From Tagaea sp. (GTDB lineage: Bacteria > Pseudomonadota > Alphaproteobacteria > CACIAM-22H2): a stretch of 64,000 nucleotides of DNA. This document shows positions 39,320-49,150 of the stretch, in pieces (the stretch's first letter is position 1; each line of letters opens with the position of its first letter). The stretch is from positions 3,644,750-3,708,749 of the forward strand of contig OZ257249.1 in the NCBI GenBank assembly GCA_965279565.1, read 5' to 3'. A model generated the notes under the pieces. The model saw nothing but the letters and a program-made list of their open reading frames with translations. It made no database searches and was not told where the DNA came from. The position numbers and the translations under genes were made by a program.

Positions 39320-39868
39320 TTGACCCGCGTGCGCAATGTTCCTGCCGAAGAGCTTCCCGAGGATGCAGCCGCCATCTACCGGCGCTACGTCGCCGAGTAC
39401 GGGCCGTTCGCCAATCAGGTCGGCATCCTTGCCCATGTCCCGGCTGCCGTACGCCACCTGCCCGCCATGCTGATGGAACTGCGGGCGGCTGCGACGCTGC
39501 CGCGACGCTATCTCGAGCTGGCGATCGTCGTCGTCTCGAAGCGCAATGCCTGCCACTACTGCGTCGGCCACCATGTTCCGATGCTGGCGGTCGAAGGCGT
39601 CCCGGCCGAAGCCGTCGCCCAGATCCCCGAGCAGGTCGACCATTCGAGCCTTACCGACATCGACCGGCTCGTGATCGCCTATTCGGTCGCCGTCAACGAC
39701 GCCCCGAACCGGATTCGCGACGCGACGCTTGCCGACCTGCGCCGTCATTTCAGCGAGGCGCAGATCGTGGAACTCACGCTGCGCATCACGCTGACCGGGT
39801 TCTTCAACAAGTTCTCGGACGCGCTCGGAATCGAGGAAGAAGGCAGCGAAAGCGCCGCGGCGCAGTAA
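39320..39868 (+). CDS. AhpD/carboxymuconolactone decarboxylase family protein
   Basis: ELAIVVVSKRNACHYCVGHH (CxxC) and FFNKF; TTG start after GAGGGAG. Confidence 0.85.
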   Translation: MTRVRNVPAEELPEDAAAIYRRYVAEYGPFANQVGILAHVPAAVRHLPAMLMELRAAATLPRRYLELAIVVVSKRNACHYCVGHHVPMLAVEGVPAEAVAQIPEQVDHSSLTDIDRLVIAYSVAVNDAPNRIRDATLADLRRHFSEAQIVELTLRITLTGFFNKFSDALGIEEEGSESAAAQ

Positions 39869-39870
39869 CC

Positions 39871-40518
39871 CTAGCGGCCGATCCCCGCAAAGGCGGCGAT
39901 CTCGGCGGCCAGCCGCGTCATTTCCTGCGCCGCGGTCGAGCCGGGTTCGGCCTCCGTCACGCCCAGCCCGAGACCGAGGCTGGACGCATAGGCCGTACGA
40001 TTGCCGAGCACGATGTTGGCGACCGGCGTCTGGATGGTCGCGAGCTTGCGTGCGACCTCGTCGGCCAGAAGCGAGCGCGGCGGCATCCGGTTGACGACCA
40101 GCAGCGCCAGCCGCTTTTCGGCCTTCGCCAGATCCAGCGTGGGCTGCGTGGCCCACAGATCCATCGGCGACGGCTGGACGGGAACCAGGACCAGATGCGA
40201 ATAGCGGATCGCGGTGCGCGAATCGCTCTGCGCATGCGGTGCTGAATCGACGACGACCACATCGTGCTCGCGCGACAGCCGGTCGAGCTCGTGCGGCAGC
40301 CGCCAGCCCGAGAGCTTGGCAAAAGAAAATCCAAGTCCGGAATCCGGCCGCGCCTGAGCGCGCAGGTCTGTCCAGAGCGCGAACGATCCCTGCGGATCGA
40401 TGTCCACGGCCGCAACGCTGAGACCGGACTGCGCCCAGCAGGCCGCGAGATGCGCCGCCAGCGTGGTCTTGCCCGCTCCGCCCTTCTGTTGGGCGATCGT
40501 CACGACTTTTCCGTTCAT
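39871..40518 (-). CDS. ParA family ATPase (short, no HTH)
   Basis: Deviant Walker A QKGGAGKTT, VDIDPQ, VVVDSAP and VPVQPSPMDL motifs. Confidence 0.9.
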   Translation of the reverse strand: MNGKVVTIAQQKGGAGKTTLAAHLAACWAQSGLSVAAVDIDPQGSFALWTDLRAQARPDSGLGFSFAKLSGWRLPHELDRLSREHDVVVVDSAPHAQSDSRTAIRYSHLVLVPVQPSPMDLWATQPTLDLAKAEKRLALLVVNRMPPRSLLADEVARKLATIQTPVANIVLGNRTAYASSLGLGLGVTEAEPGSTAAQEMTRLAAEIAAFAGIGR

Positions 40519-40580
40519 CCGGGCACAATGCGCCGTCGCCCTCGCCGGAAGCAAGGGCACGTGCTAAAGGGCGGCCGGAA

Positions 40581-41525
40581 ATGAGCGTCTCGAAACCCAC
40601 GCATCTTGCGATCCGCCGGGCCGCCGCAGCCTTGCTGCGCGACCGTCTCGTCGCCTTCCCGACCGAGACCGTGTACGGGCTCGGCGCGCGCGCGCGCAGT
40701 TCGCGCGCCGTGCTGCGTCTCTACGCCGCCAAGGGCCGTCCGCGCTTCAATCCACTCATCGCCCACGTCGCCGATCTCGCGCAGGCCCGCCGGCTCGTCC
40801 GGTTCGATGCCCGGGCCGAATGCCTTGCCCGCCACTTCTGGCCCGGGCCGCTGACGCTCGTCCTGCCGCGTCAGGCGGGTGCATCTGTGTCACGGCTGGC
40901 CGGCGCCGGCCTTTCGACACTCGGCGTACGCATTCCGGATCATCCCGTGGCGCTGGCGCTCCTGCGGCGCGTCGGCGAACCCGTCGTCGCGCCAAGTGCG
41001 AACCCGTCCGGCCGCCTGTCGCCGACGCGCGCAGGCGACGTTGCATTCATGCTCGGCAGCCGTGTTGCCGACGTGCTCGATGGCGGCGCATGTCGCGTCG
41101 GGCTGGAATCGACCATCGTCGACCTCTCCGGGCCGCATGCACGCCTGCTGCGCCCCGGCGGGATCGCACGCGAGGCGATCGAAGCGCTGATCGGCCCCCT
41201 CGCCGGTGCCGGTAACGAAATCCGCGCACCGGGAATGCTGGAAAGCCACTACGCACCACGTGCATGCCTGCGTCTCGACGCCCGCTCGGCCGTGGACGGT
41301 GAGGCCTATCTCGGATACGGGCCGCTGCCGGACCTGCCCGAAGGAGTGCCGGCATTGACGCTTTCGGCAGCACGCGATCCCCACGAAGCCGCACGCAATC
41401 TCTTCACGTTCCTGCAGACGCTCGACAGGCCGCACATCCGTACGATCAACGTTGCGCCCGTTCCGGCCAAAGGCCTCGGGCTGGCTATCCGCGACAGGCT
41501 GGCGCGCGCGGCTGCTCCCCGCTAG
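40581..41525 (+). CDS. tsaC: L-threonylcarbamoyladenylate synthase (Sua5 type)
   Basis: FPTETVYGL, KGRPRFNPLI, APSANPSG, GLESTIVD, PGMLESHYAP and AIRDRL motifs. Confidence 0.94.
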   Translation: MSVSKPTHLAIRRAAAALLRDRLVAFPTETVYGLGARARSSRAVLRLYAAKGRPRFNPLIAHVADLAQARRLVRFDARAECLARHFWPGPLTLVLPRQAGASVSRLAGAGLSTLGVRIPDHPVALALLRRVGEPVVAPSANPSGRLSPTRAGDVAFMLGSRVADVLDGGACRVGLESTIVDLSGPHARLLRPGGIAREAIEALIGPLAGAGNEIRAPGMLESHYAPRACLRLDARSAVDGEAYLGYGPLPDLPEGVPALTLSAARDPHEAARNLFTFLQTLDRPHIRTINVAPVPAKGLGLAIRDRLARAAAPR

Positions 41526-42028
41526 CGCCCGAGCACCATGTAGACGGCCTGATCGCCATAGGTCGCGCGAACGGCTTCGTCGATTTGTTCCTCGACAAAC
41601 CCGTGACGGCGCCAGAGCGCGTGCGTGCCCTCGACCGCGACAAGGGACAGCTTCGACGAACCCGCAAGCCGGGCAAGCCGCAGGAGTGCTGCGGAGACCA
41701 GCCCCTGTCCCCGCGCCGCCGGATCGAGGGCGATATCGTGCAGGTGCAGACCAAGAGGCGCTTTCGCCACGTAAGCCCTCTCGTCGAGTTTCGGAGGCTT
41801 GCCGCAGGTGGCCCAGAGCGCCACGCAGTAGCCGACCGGCCTGCCATCCAGCTCGGCGACGAGGCAGGCATCCGGTGCGGCACGCAGCTTGTCTTCGAAC
41901 GACGAGCGGGATTCGGGATGGTTCGGATATAGGCGTGCCGCGAGCTCGAGAACATAGTCCAGATCGCCCGGCGCCATCGCGCGCCAGCGCGGCGTTCGTC
42001 CCGAATTGAGATCTTGCGATCCGGCCAT
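41522..42028 (-). CDS. GNAT family acetyltransferase
   Basis: LHDIALDPAARGQG, LSLVAV and WRRHGF motifs. Confidence 0.85.
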   Translation of the reverse strand: MAGSQDLNSGRTPRWRAMAPGDLDYVLELAARLYPNHPESRSSFEDKLRAAPDACLVAELDGRPVGYCVALWATCGKPPKLDERAYVAKAPLGLHLHDIALDPAARGQGLVSAALLRLARLAGSSKLSLVAVEGTHALWRRHGFVEEQIDEAVRATYGDQAVYMVLGR

Positions 42029-42051
42029 GCCGCCTGTCTAACACGGGGGCC

Positions 42052-43263
42052 ATGCAGGAATCCCCCCGCCCGGAGCATCCATCGGTCCCGCTCGACATCT
42101 GGCGCATTGGCGCATCCGGCGTCGCGTCGGTCGTGGGCTTCGCGGCCCTGATTCCGTTCGCCGCAATCCGCCTCGAATCGCTTGGCCATTCGGCCGCGGC
42201 GATCGGCGCGTTCTCGGCCCTTCCGTGGCTAGCGATCCTGGTCGTCGCCCCGTTCGTGCCGCGCCTCGTGCGGCGGTTCGGCGGAGACCGTCTCTATGTC
42301 TGGGGGGCGCTTGCGGCGGCGCCGCTGCCGCTCGTCTTCGCACTGACGGCAGACTATGTCCTGTGGTGCGTTGCTAACTTCGCCATCGGCCTCATCGCGG
42401 CGATGCGCTGGATCGTCTCGGAGGCATGGGTCGCCGATCTCGCCCCTGCCGGTCGGCGCGGTCGCATGGTCGGCCTCTACGAGATGTTTCTGGGTGCCTC
42501 CTTCGCCACCGGGCCGCTTCTGCTCGTGCTCCTGGACCCGGCAACCGATCGGCCGGCATATGCGGGCGCGATCCTCTGGCTTGTTGGATGGTTCGTCGCG
42601 ATCGGTCTTGCGCCGGCACCGTCGGCTCACGGCGACGGACGCAACCGGGAACACGGCTTTGCCGCGGTGCTTGCCGCGATCCCCGCCGTGCTGATCGCCG
42701 CCGGTGTGGGCGGAGTATTCGAAGTGGGGCTTGCCGGCATCGGCAGCTATTGGGCGCTTACGCTCGGATTCGGCGCGAGCGTCGCTGCGACCCTCGCCGC
42801 GGCGCTCGGAATGGGGTCGTTCGCGGCGCAGTATCCGGCCGGGTGGCTAGCGGATCATGCCCCGCCATCCCGCATCGCACGAACGGCCTTCGCGATCCTG
42901 ATTGCCGTTTCCGTTCTCGCCATCTTCGTCGCGACGACGCCGGCAGGCGCTATCGCGGTCGCCGTCGTATGGGGTGGCGTGGGTGGCGGGCTCTATACGC
43001 TTTCGATGATCGGCGTCAGCCAGAGATTCTCGGGCCCGGCGCTGATGCGGGCGACATCCGCCGTCGTGTTCGCATATACGCTGGGCGGAACGATCGGCCC
43101 GTCCCTGATCGGCATGGCGCTCGACGCGGTGCCGCGCGATGGAATGCCGCTTACGCTGGCATTTCTTTCCACGGCGGCACTGGTGGCGCATCTGGCGTCG
43201 GAGAAGCGATCGCGGAAGCCCAAAAAGGGTGGGCCGCCGCACCCCCCGGAGCGGCGGCCCTGA
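42052..43263 (+). CDS. MFS transporter
   Basis: About 12 TM segments; WIVSEAW...RGRMVGLY and GWLADH motifs. Confidence 0.88.
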   Translation: MQESPRPEHPSVPLDIWRIGASGVASVVGFAALIPFAAIRLESLGHSAAAIGAFSALPWLAILVVAPFVPRLVRRFGGDRLYVWGALAAAPLPLVFALTADYVLWCVANFAIGLIAAMRWIVSEAWVADLAPAGRRGRMVGLYEMFLGASFATGPLLLVLLDPATDRPAYAGAILWLVGWFVAIGLAPAPSAHGDGRNREHGFAAVLAAIPAVLIAAGVGGVFEVGLAGIGSYWALTLGFGASVAATLAAALGMGSFAAQYPAGWLADHAPPSRIARTAFAILIAVSVLAIFVATTPAGAIAVAVVWGGVGGGLYTLSMIGVSQRFSGPALMRATSAVVFAYTLGGTIGPSLIGMALDAVPRDGMPLTLAFLSTAALVAHLASEKRSRKPKKGGPPHPPERRP

Positions 43264-43458
43264 TCGCAAGCTTCGGCGACTTACGCCAGCCAAAGCCCAC
43301 GAAGACCGGAGGTGCCCGCACGACGTGCGAGACACCATTTGAATACGCAAAGAAGTATAGATAACTTCGGATAGCCCTTCCACGCCGATTGGGTCCATTG
43401 CGGCGTGTATTTTCGGCAGTTTGTTGACTTGGATCAAAATCGGATACGGGTTCAGAAC

Positions 43459-44904
43459 ATGACTGCGTCTTTCGCCGAACGTGCCCGTCCGTCCGACGAA
43501 ATCATCGACCGGATCCGCGCCGTCGTCGGCCCGAAAGGCTGGTACTCCGAACCAGCCGACATGGCCCGCTTCGAGAGGGAAGAGCGCGGTCTCTATGTCG
43601 GCAAGGCCGCCCTCGTCGTGCGCCCGGCCTCGACCGACGAGGTCGCCGCGATCCTTCGCATATGCAACCAAGAGCGAATCGCAATTGTCCCTCAAGGTGG
43701 AAACACCGGATTGGTCGGCGGCGGCGTGCCGCACGCGGGCGGCAGCGAGATCGTCCTTTCCCTCGCACGTATGAACCGCATACGCGGATTGGACATCGAA
43801 AACGATACGGTCCTGGCCGATGCCGGCTGCATTCTGGCCGACATCCAGAAGGCAGCCGCGGCGGCCGACCGCTATTTTGCGTTGTCTCTCGGCGCGGAAG
43901 GTACATGCCAAATCGGCGGCAATCTTTCGACGAACGCCGGCGGCAGCAACGTCCTGCGCTTCGGAATGGCGCGCGACCAGGTGCTCGGACTCGAGGTTGT
44001 CCTCGCCGACGGCCGCGTGCTTTCATCGCTGAGCGGCCTGCGGAAGGACAATACGGGTTACGACCTCAAGCAGCTCTTCATGGGGTCGGAAGGCACGCTC
44101 GGCATCATCACGGCCGCCACGCTCAAGCTCCACCCGGCCCCGCGCGAGGTCGAGACCTGCCTGATCGCGCTGCCGACGCCCAAGGCGGTGGTCGAATTGC
44201 TCGGACGCGCCAAGGCCGGCAGCGGCGGCAACTGCATCGCATTCGAATTCACCCAGCGTCGGCTGATCGATTTCGTCCTGAAGCATATTCCCGGCACCTC
44301 CGACCCGTTCGACCGGCCGCACCCATGGTACGTTCTCGCCGAATTCGCCGCCGGCGACATGGGTGGCGCCCTGAAGGGAATGGTCGAGCGGATGCTCGAA
44401 CGCGCGTTCGAAGACGGCCTTGCGCTCGACGCTGTCGTCGCCGCGTCGAGCGCCCAGCGCAAGGCGCTCTGGAAGCTGCGCGAAAGCATGACCGAAGCGC
44501 AGAAGCCGGAAGGCGGATCGATCAAGCACGACGTGTCGGTGCCGGTCTCGGCACTGCCGGCATTCGTCGAGCGGGCAAGCGCGCTTTGCGAGCGCATGGT
44601 TCCCGGCGCCCGCGTGTGCGCATTCGGCCATGCCGGGGATGGCAATATCCACTTCAACGTGAGCCAGCCGGTCGGCAGCGACCGTGCCGCTTTCATGGCT
44701 GGAATGGACGCGATGAACAATTCGGTCCACGAGATCGTCGCCGAAATGAACGGATCGATTTCGGCCGAGCATGGCATCGGCCAGCTCAAGCGCGACAAGC
44801 TTCCGTACTACAAAAGTGCGGTGGCACTCGACATGATGCGGTCGATCAAGCATACGCTCGATCCCAACGGCATCCTCAATCCCGGCAAGGTCCTTCCGGA
44901 CTGA
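43459..44904 (+). CDS. FAD-binding oxidoreductase (D-2-hydroxyacid dehydrogenase, D2HGDH/GlcD-like)
   Basis: PQGGNTGLVGG, TNAGG, KDNTGYDL, HAGDGNIH, SAEHGIG and LNPGK motifs. Confidence 0.92.
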   Translation: MTASFAERARPSDEIIDRIRAVVGPKGWYSEPADMARFEREERGLYVGKAALVVRPASTDEVAAILRICNQERIAIVPQGGNTGLVGGGVPHAGGSEIVLSLARMNRIRGLDIENDTVLADAGCILADIQKAAAAADRYFALSLGAEGTCQIGGNLSTNAGGSNVLRFGMARDQVLGLEVVLADGRVLSSLSGLRKDNTGYDLKQLFMGSEGTLGIITAATLKLHPAPREVETCLIALPTPKAVVELLGRAKAGSGGNCIAFEFTQRRLIDFVLKHIPGTSDPFDRPHPWYVLAEFAAGDMGGALKGMVERMLERAFEDGLALDAVVAASSAQRKALWKLRESMTEAQKPEGGSIKHDVSVPVSALPAFVERASALCERMVPGARVCAFGHAGDGNIHFNVSQPVGSDRAAFMAGMDAMNNSVHEIVAEMNGSISAEHGIGQLKRDKLPYYKSAVALDMMRSIKHTLDPNGILNPGKVLPD

Positions 44905-44938
44905 TCCGCGCGTTGGCAGCGCACCCGAGGGAAAACCC

Positions 44939-46747
44939 ATGACCTATCGCGCCCCGCTCGACGACATGAAGTTCGCGCTCGAATCGATCGCGGGCGTCTC
45001 GGTGCTCGATCAGACGGCCGGCGGTGCGCCGGAAGCCGACATGCTCGCGCAGGTCCTCGACGCCGCGGCCGATTTCGCGGCGAATGAACTGGCACCTCTC
45101 AACACGCAGGGCGACCGGATCGGCGCGCGGCTCGAGAACGGAATCGTACGGACCGCACCCGGCTTCGCCGACGCCTATCGCGGCTTCGTCGCGAACGGTT
45201 GGAACGGCCTGCCCTTCCGCGAAGAGCATGGCGGCCAGGGCCTGCCATGGGCGCTCGCGGTGGCCGTGCAGGAGATGTGGCAATCGTCCAACATGTCCTT
45301 CGGACTCTGCCCGCTGCTGACCCAGGGCTCGGTCGAACTTCTCGCGAGCCACGGGACCGCGGCACAGAAGGCGGCCTATCTTCCGAAGCTCGTTTCCGGC
45401 GAATGGACCGGAACGATGAACCTGACCGAGCCGCAGGCCGGATCCGATGTCGGTGCGCTGAAGACGCGTGCGGTCCGCGAAATGGCGTCGGACGGCCCGC
45501 TCGGCGAGGCGTACCGGATAACCGGCAACAAGATATTCATCACCTATGGCGAGCACGACATGGCGGACAACATCGTCCACATGGTCCTCGCGCGCACGCC
45601 CGATGCCCCGCCCGGCCCCAAGGGCGTTTCGCTTTTCCTCGTGCCGAAGTTCCTGCCCGCCGCCGACGGCGGCCTCGGCGCGCGGAACGACCTGCGCTGC
45701 GTCTCGCTCGAGCACAAGCTCGGCATCAACGCGTCGCCGACCTGCGTCATGGCGTTCGGCGACGGCGGCGGGGCGCTCGGCTGGCGGATCGGGGACGAAG
45801 GCCGCGGCCTCGAATGCATGTTCACGATGATGAACAATGCGCGACTCTCCGTCGGTCTGCAGGGCGTCGCGATCGCGGAACGCGCCTATCAGGCCGCGCG
45901 TACCTACGCGCGCACCCGTGTGCAGAGCCGCGAACTGGGCGAAGGCGGAACCGCTTCCGTCGCGATCGAACGGCATCCCGACGTCCGGCGGATGCTGCTC
46001 GATATGAAAGCGAAGATCGAAGCGTCGCGTGCCCTCGCCTACTCCGCGCACCTGTCGCTCGATCTGGCGGCGAAAGCCGTATCGCCCGAACTTCGCAAGC
46101 ATCATCAGGCGCGTGTCGACCTGCTCACGCCGGTCGTCAAGGCATGGTCGACGGATATCGGCTGCGATGTCGCGTCGACCGGCGTCCAGATCCATGGCGG
46201 GATGGGATTCATCGAGGAAACCGGCGCCGCACAGCACATGCGCGACGCGCGCATCGCGCCGATCTACGAGGGCACGAACGGCATACAGGCCAACGATCTC
46301 GTCTTCCGGAAACTCGCGCGCGACAAGGGTGCCGCCGCACGTGCGTTCGTCGGCGAGATCGCAGAAATCGAGTCCGCTCTCGGTGCCGTCACGGACGACG
46401 ATCTTGCCGCCATCAGGCTGCAACTGGCTGCCGGACGTCAGGCACTTACCGCGGCGACAGCGCATCTGGTCGAAACGGCCGGGCCGGACCCCAAGGCCGC
46501 CGCCGCGGCGTGCGTGCCATTCCTTGAACTCTTCGGGATTGTCGCTGGCGGTGCCATGCTTGCCAAAGGCGCGCTGGCGGCGACCGAGCGCCTGGCCGAC
46601 GGCACCGGCGATCCGGAGTTCCTTGCCGCCCGACTGGTCGTCGCCCGGTATTTCGCGGACTACGTCCTTTCGCAAGCACCCGGATTCGTTCATCCGATCC
46701 GCCACGGCGCGGCCGCCGTCTCGCGATTCGCACAATCCGGTATCTGA
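44939..46747 (+). CDS. Acyl-CoA dehydrogenase (long, about 600 aa type)
   Basis: GTMNLTEPQAGSD, KIFITYG, EHKLGINASPT, QIHGGMGF and IYEGTNGIQA motifs. Confidence 0.93.
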   Translation: MTYRAPLDDMKFALESIAGVSVLDQTAGGAPEADMLAQVLDAAADFAANELAPLNTQGDRIGARLENGIVRTAPGFADAYRGFVANGWNGLPFREEHGGQGLPWALAVAVQEMWQSSNMSFGLCPLLTQGSVELLASHGTAAQKAAYLPKLVSGEWTGTMNLTEPQAGSDVGALKTRAVREMASDGPLGEAYRITGNKIFITYGEHDMADNIVHMVLARTPDAPPGPKGVSLFLVPKFLPAADGGLGARNDLRCVSLEHKLGINASPTCVMAFGDGGGALGWRIGDEGRGLECMFTMMNNARLSVGLQGVAIAERAYQAARTYARTRVQSRELGEGGTASVAIERHPDVRRMLLDMKAKIEASRALAYSAHLSLDLAAKAVSPELRKHHQARVDLLTPVVKAWSTDIGCDVASTGVQIHGGMGFIEETGAAQHMRDARIAPIYEGTNGIQANDLVFRKLARDKGAAARAFVGEIAEIESALGAVTDDDLAAIRLQLAAGRQALTAATAHLVETAGPDPKAAAAACVPFLELFGIVAGGAMLAKGALAATERLADGTGDPEFLAARLVVARYFADYVLSQAPGFVHPIRHGAAAVSRFAQSGI

Positions 46748-46885
46748 AATTTTCTGGGTCGTCGGGCAAAATTTGCTTGCGCCCGAGCGCTTTTCGGCCC
46801 AAATAGGCTTTCAGATGCACGGGGCGGTCGATGGAGAGTCGGCGGCCCCTTTTGTCTGTCGGAAAAGGGAAGGTGTGGACAAGGA

Positions 46886-47389
46886 ATGGCGAACAAAGCG
46901 GCGCTGCGCAATCTGAAGGTGGTTACCGGCGAAAACCGGTCCCCGGCCCCCAAGGCCCTAAAATCCGCGGCGAACGAACAGCCTTTCCATGTCCAGAGTA
47001 CCGAGACGACGGTCGCCAAGGACCATTTCATCGAGCGCAACGGCATCAAGTATGCCGGCACGCATCTGCTCGTCGAGCTGTGGGGCGCCAAGAATCTCGG
47101 CGACGCGGCGCTGACCGAAGCGGCGTTGCGCGAAGGTGCCATCGCGGCCGGCGCGACCATCCTGCACTGCCATCTCCATCATTTCGGGCCCAACGCCGGT
47201 CTCTCCGGCGTGCTGGTGCTCGCCGAAAGCCATATCTCGATCCATACGTGGCCGGAACGCGAGTACGCCGCGATCGACGTGTTCATGTGCGGCGTGTGCG
47301 ATCCCTATCAGGCCATTCCGGCTATCAAGCGCGCCTTCGCGCCTTCGTCGGTCCAGATCGTCGAGAGCCGCCGCGGCGTGATGGCCTGA
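46886..47389 (+). CDS. speD: S-adenosylmethionine decarboxylase proenzyme
   Basis: AGTHLLVEL, LAESHISIHTWPE (pyruvoyl cleavage site) and DVFMCG; upstream of speE. Confidence 0.93.
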   Translation: MANKAALRNLKVVTGENRSPAPKALKSAANEQPFHVQSTETTVAKDHFIERNGIKYAGTHLLVELWGAKNLGDAALTEAALREGAIAAGATILHCHLHHFGPNAGLSGVLVLAESHISIHTWPEREYAAIDVFMCGVCDPYQAIPAIKRAFAPSSVQIVESRRGVMA

Positions 47390-47400
47390 AAGCCGTCCGG

Positions 47401-48267
47401 GTGGCCCGCAAACCAAAGACGCGCTGGTTCGACGAGCAGCTCTACCCGCATGTCCGGCAGGGTCTGTCGATCTCGAAGATCCTGTTCCGCGAACGGACCG
47501 CGCATCAGGACCTGATCGTCTTCGAGAACCCGACCTACGGGCGGGTCCTGGCGCTCGACGGCATCGTCCAGGTCACCGAGAAGGACGAGTACGTCTATCA
47601 CGAGATGATGACGCACGTACCGATCCTCGCCCATGGCCGGGCGCGGCGCGTCCTGATCATCGGCGGCGGCGACGGCGGCATCCTGCGGGAAGTCCTTCGT
47701 CACAAGTCCGTCAAGCACGTGACCATGGTCGAGATCGACCGGGCCGTCGTCGACATGTGCCTGAAATGGATGCCCAGCGTCGCCGGCAAGGCGTTCGGCG
47801 ACCGCCGCACGAACCTCGTCATCGCCGATGGCGCGAAGTTCGTCGCCGAAACGCGCGAGCGCTTCGACGTGGTCATCGTCGATTCCACGGATCCGATCGG
47901 GCCCGGCGAGGTCCTGTTCACCGAACGCTTCTACCGCGACTGCCGGCGCTGCCTGACCGCCGGCGGAATCCTCGTGAACCAGAACGGCGTGCCGTTCCTG
48001 CAGCCCGACGAAATCCCGATGACGCGCAAGCGCCGCGCCCGGTCGTTCAAGGTCGCCTCGTTCTACATGGCGGCCGTGCCGTCCTATTACGGCGGCCTGA
48101 TGGCGCTTGGCTGGGCCAGCGACGACCTTCGGGCGTCCGACGTGCCGCTGGCCACGCTGCGCCGCCGCTTCGCTGCCGCGAAGCTCAAGACCCGCTACTA
48201 CAGCCCCGAGATCCATCGCGGCTGCTTCGCCCTGCCCGCCTTCGTGGCGGCGCTGGCCGCTCGCTAG
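47401..48267 (+). CDS. speE: Spermidine synthase
   Basis: LDGIVQVTE, YHEM, IIGGGDGG, VEID and DSTDPIGP motifs. GTG start is inferred. Confidence 0.93.
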   Translation: MARKPKTRWFDEQLYPHVRQGLSISKILFRERTAHQDLIVFENPTYGRVLALDGIVQVTEKDEYVYHEMMTHVPILAHGRARRVLIIGGGDGGILREVLRHKSVKHVTMVEIDRAVVDMCLKWMPSVAGKAFGDRRTNLVIADGAKFVAETRERFDVVIVDSTDPIGPGEVLFTERFYRDCRRCLTAGGILVNQNGVPFLQPDEIPMTRKRRARSFKVASFYMAAVPSYYGGLMALGWASDDLRASDVPLATLRRRFAAAKLKTRYYSPEIHRGCFALPAFVAALAAR

Positions 48268-48277
48268 GCCGGTCGCG

Positions 48278-49150
48278 ATGGCCGAGATCGCCTTCTTCGG
48301 GCTCGGCCGCATGGGGACAGGCATGGCTGGCCGGCTCGTGGCCGCCGGCCATCGCGTTCGGATCTGGAACCGCAGCCGGACGCGCGCCCAGCCGCTGATC
48401 GACGCCGGCGCCATCTGGTCCGACACGCCGGCCGCCGCCGCAGCCGACGCAACCGTCGCATTCGCGATGCTGGCCGACGACATCGCCTCGCAGGCGGTAT
48501 GGCGAGGCCCGGAAGGCGCGCTATCCGCCCTGTCCCCCGGCGCGTTCGCAGTCGAATGCTCGACCCTTTCGGCAGCCCACGTGGCTTCACTGGCGGCCGA
48601 CGCCAAGGCCCAAGGCCTGCGCTATGTCGACTGCCCGGTGACGGGCTTTCCCACACACGCGGCGGCCGGCACGATGACGTTGCTGGTCGGCGCGTCGCAG
48701 GCCGATCTCGACGAACTGCGCCCGCTCTTCGGCACGCTCGCCGGCACGATCCGGCATTTCGGCGACGTGGGGACCGGTACGGCCTACAAGCTGATGGTCA
48801 ACCTGATGGGGGCCGTTCAGATCGCCGCGCTGGCCGAGGGGATCGCGCTTGGGCGCCGCCTCGGGCTCGACGACAAGGCGGTCGGCGAGGCGCTTGCCGC
48901 CGGGGCCGCGGCAAGCCCGCAGGTCGTCCAGAACATCCCGCGCATGCTCGCCGGCGACTGGGACCGCGACCAGGTATTCACGTCGACGCTGCGGCACAAG
49001 GATGCCGCCTATGGCGCTGCACTCGTGAAGTCTTCAGGGGTCGCGGCGCCGCTCGGGCTCGCCGCGACGGCGTGGTTCGAAGCCGCGAAAGCGCTCGATC
49101 CGGATGCCGACCAGTCGATCGTGCTGAAGGCGATACTCAGCGCTTCATGA
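48278..49150 (+). CDS. 3-hydroxyisobutyrate dehydrogenase-like NAD(P)-dependent oxidoreductase
   Basis: GLGRMG, WNRS, ECST, DCPVTG and YKLMVN motifs. Confidence 0.88.
   Translation: MAEIAFFGLGRMGTGMAGRLVAAGHRVRIWNRSRTRAQPLIDAGAIWSDTPAAAAADATVAFAMLADDIASQAVWRGPEGALSALSPGAFAVECSTLSAAHVASLAADAKAQGLRYVDCPVTGFPTHAAAGTMTLLVGASQADLDELRPLFGTLAGTIRHFGDVGTGTAYKLMVNLMGAVQIAALAEGIALGRRLGLDDKAVGEALAAGAAASPQVVQNIPRMLAGDWDRDQVFTSTLRHKDAAYGAALVKSSGVAAPLGLAATAWFEAAKALDPDADQSIVLKAILSAS

Noticed and set aside
36862-40245. 1127-aa plus-strand ORF, the longest in the track
   Set aside because: It is an antisense shadow of ppc running into alternative frames of the AhpD-like and parA genes, with no domain signatures.
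48278-49150. 3-hydroxyacid dehydrogenase as the URC8-like malonate-semialdehyde reductase
   Set aside because: It lies more than 10 kb from the URC genes and follows speDE. Nothing in the sequence links it.
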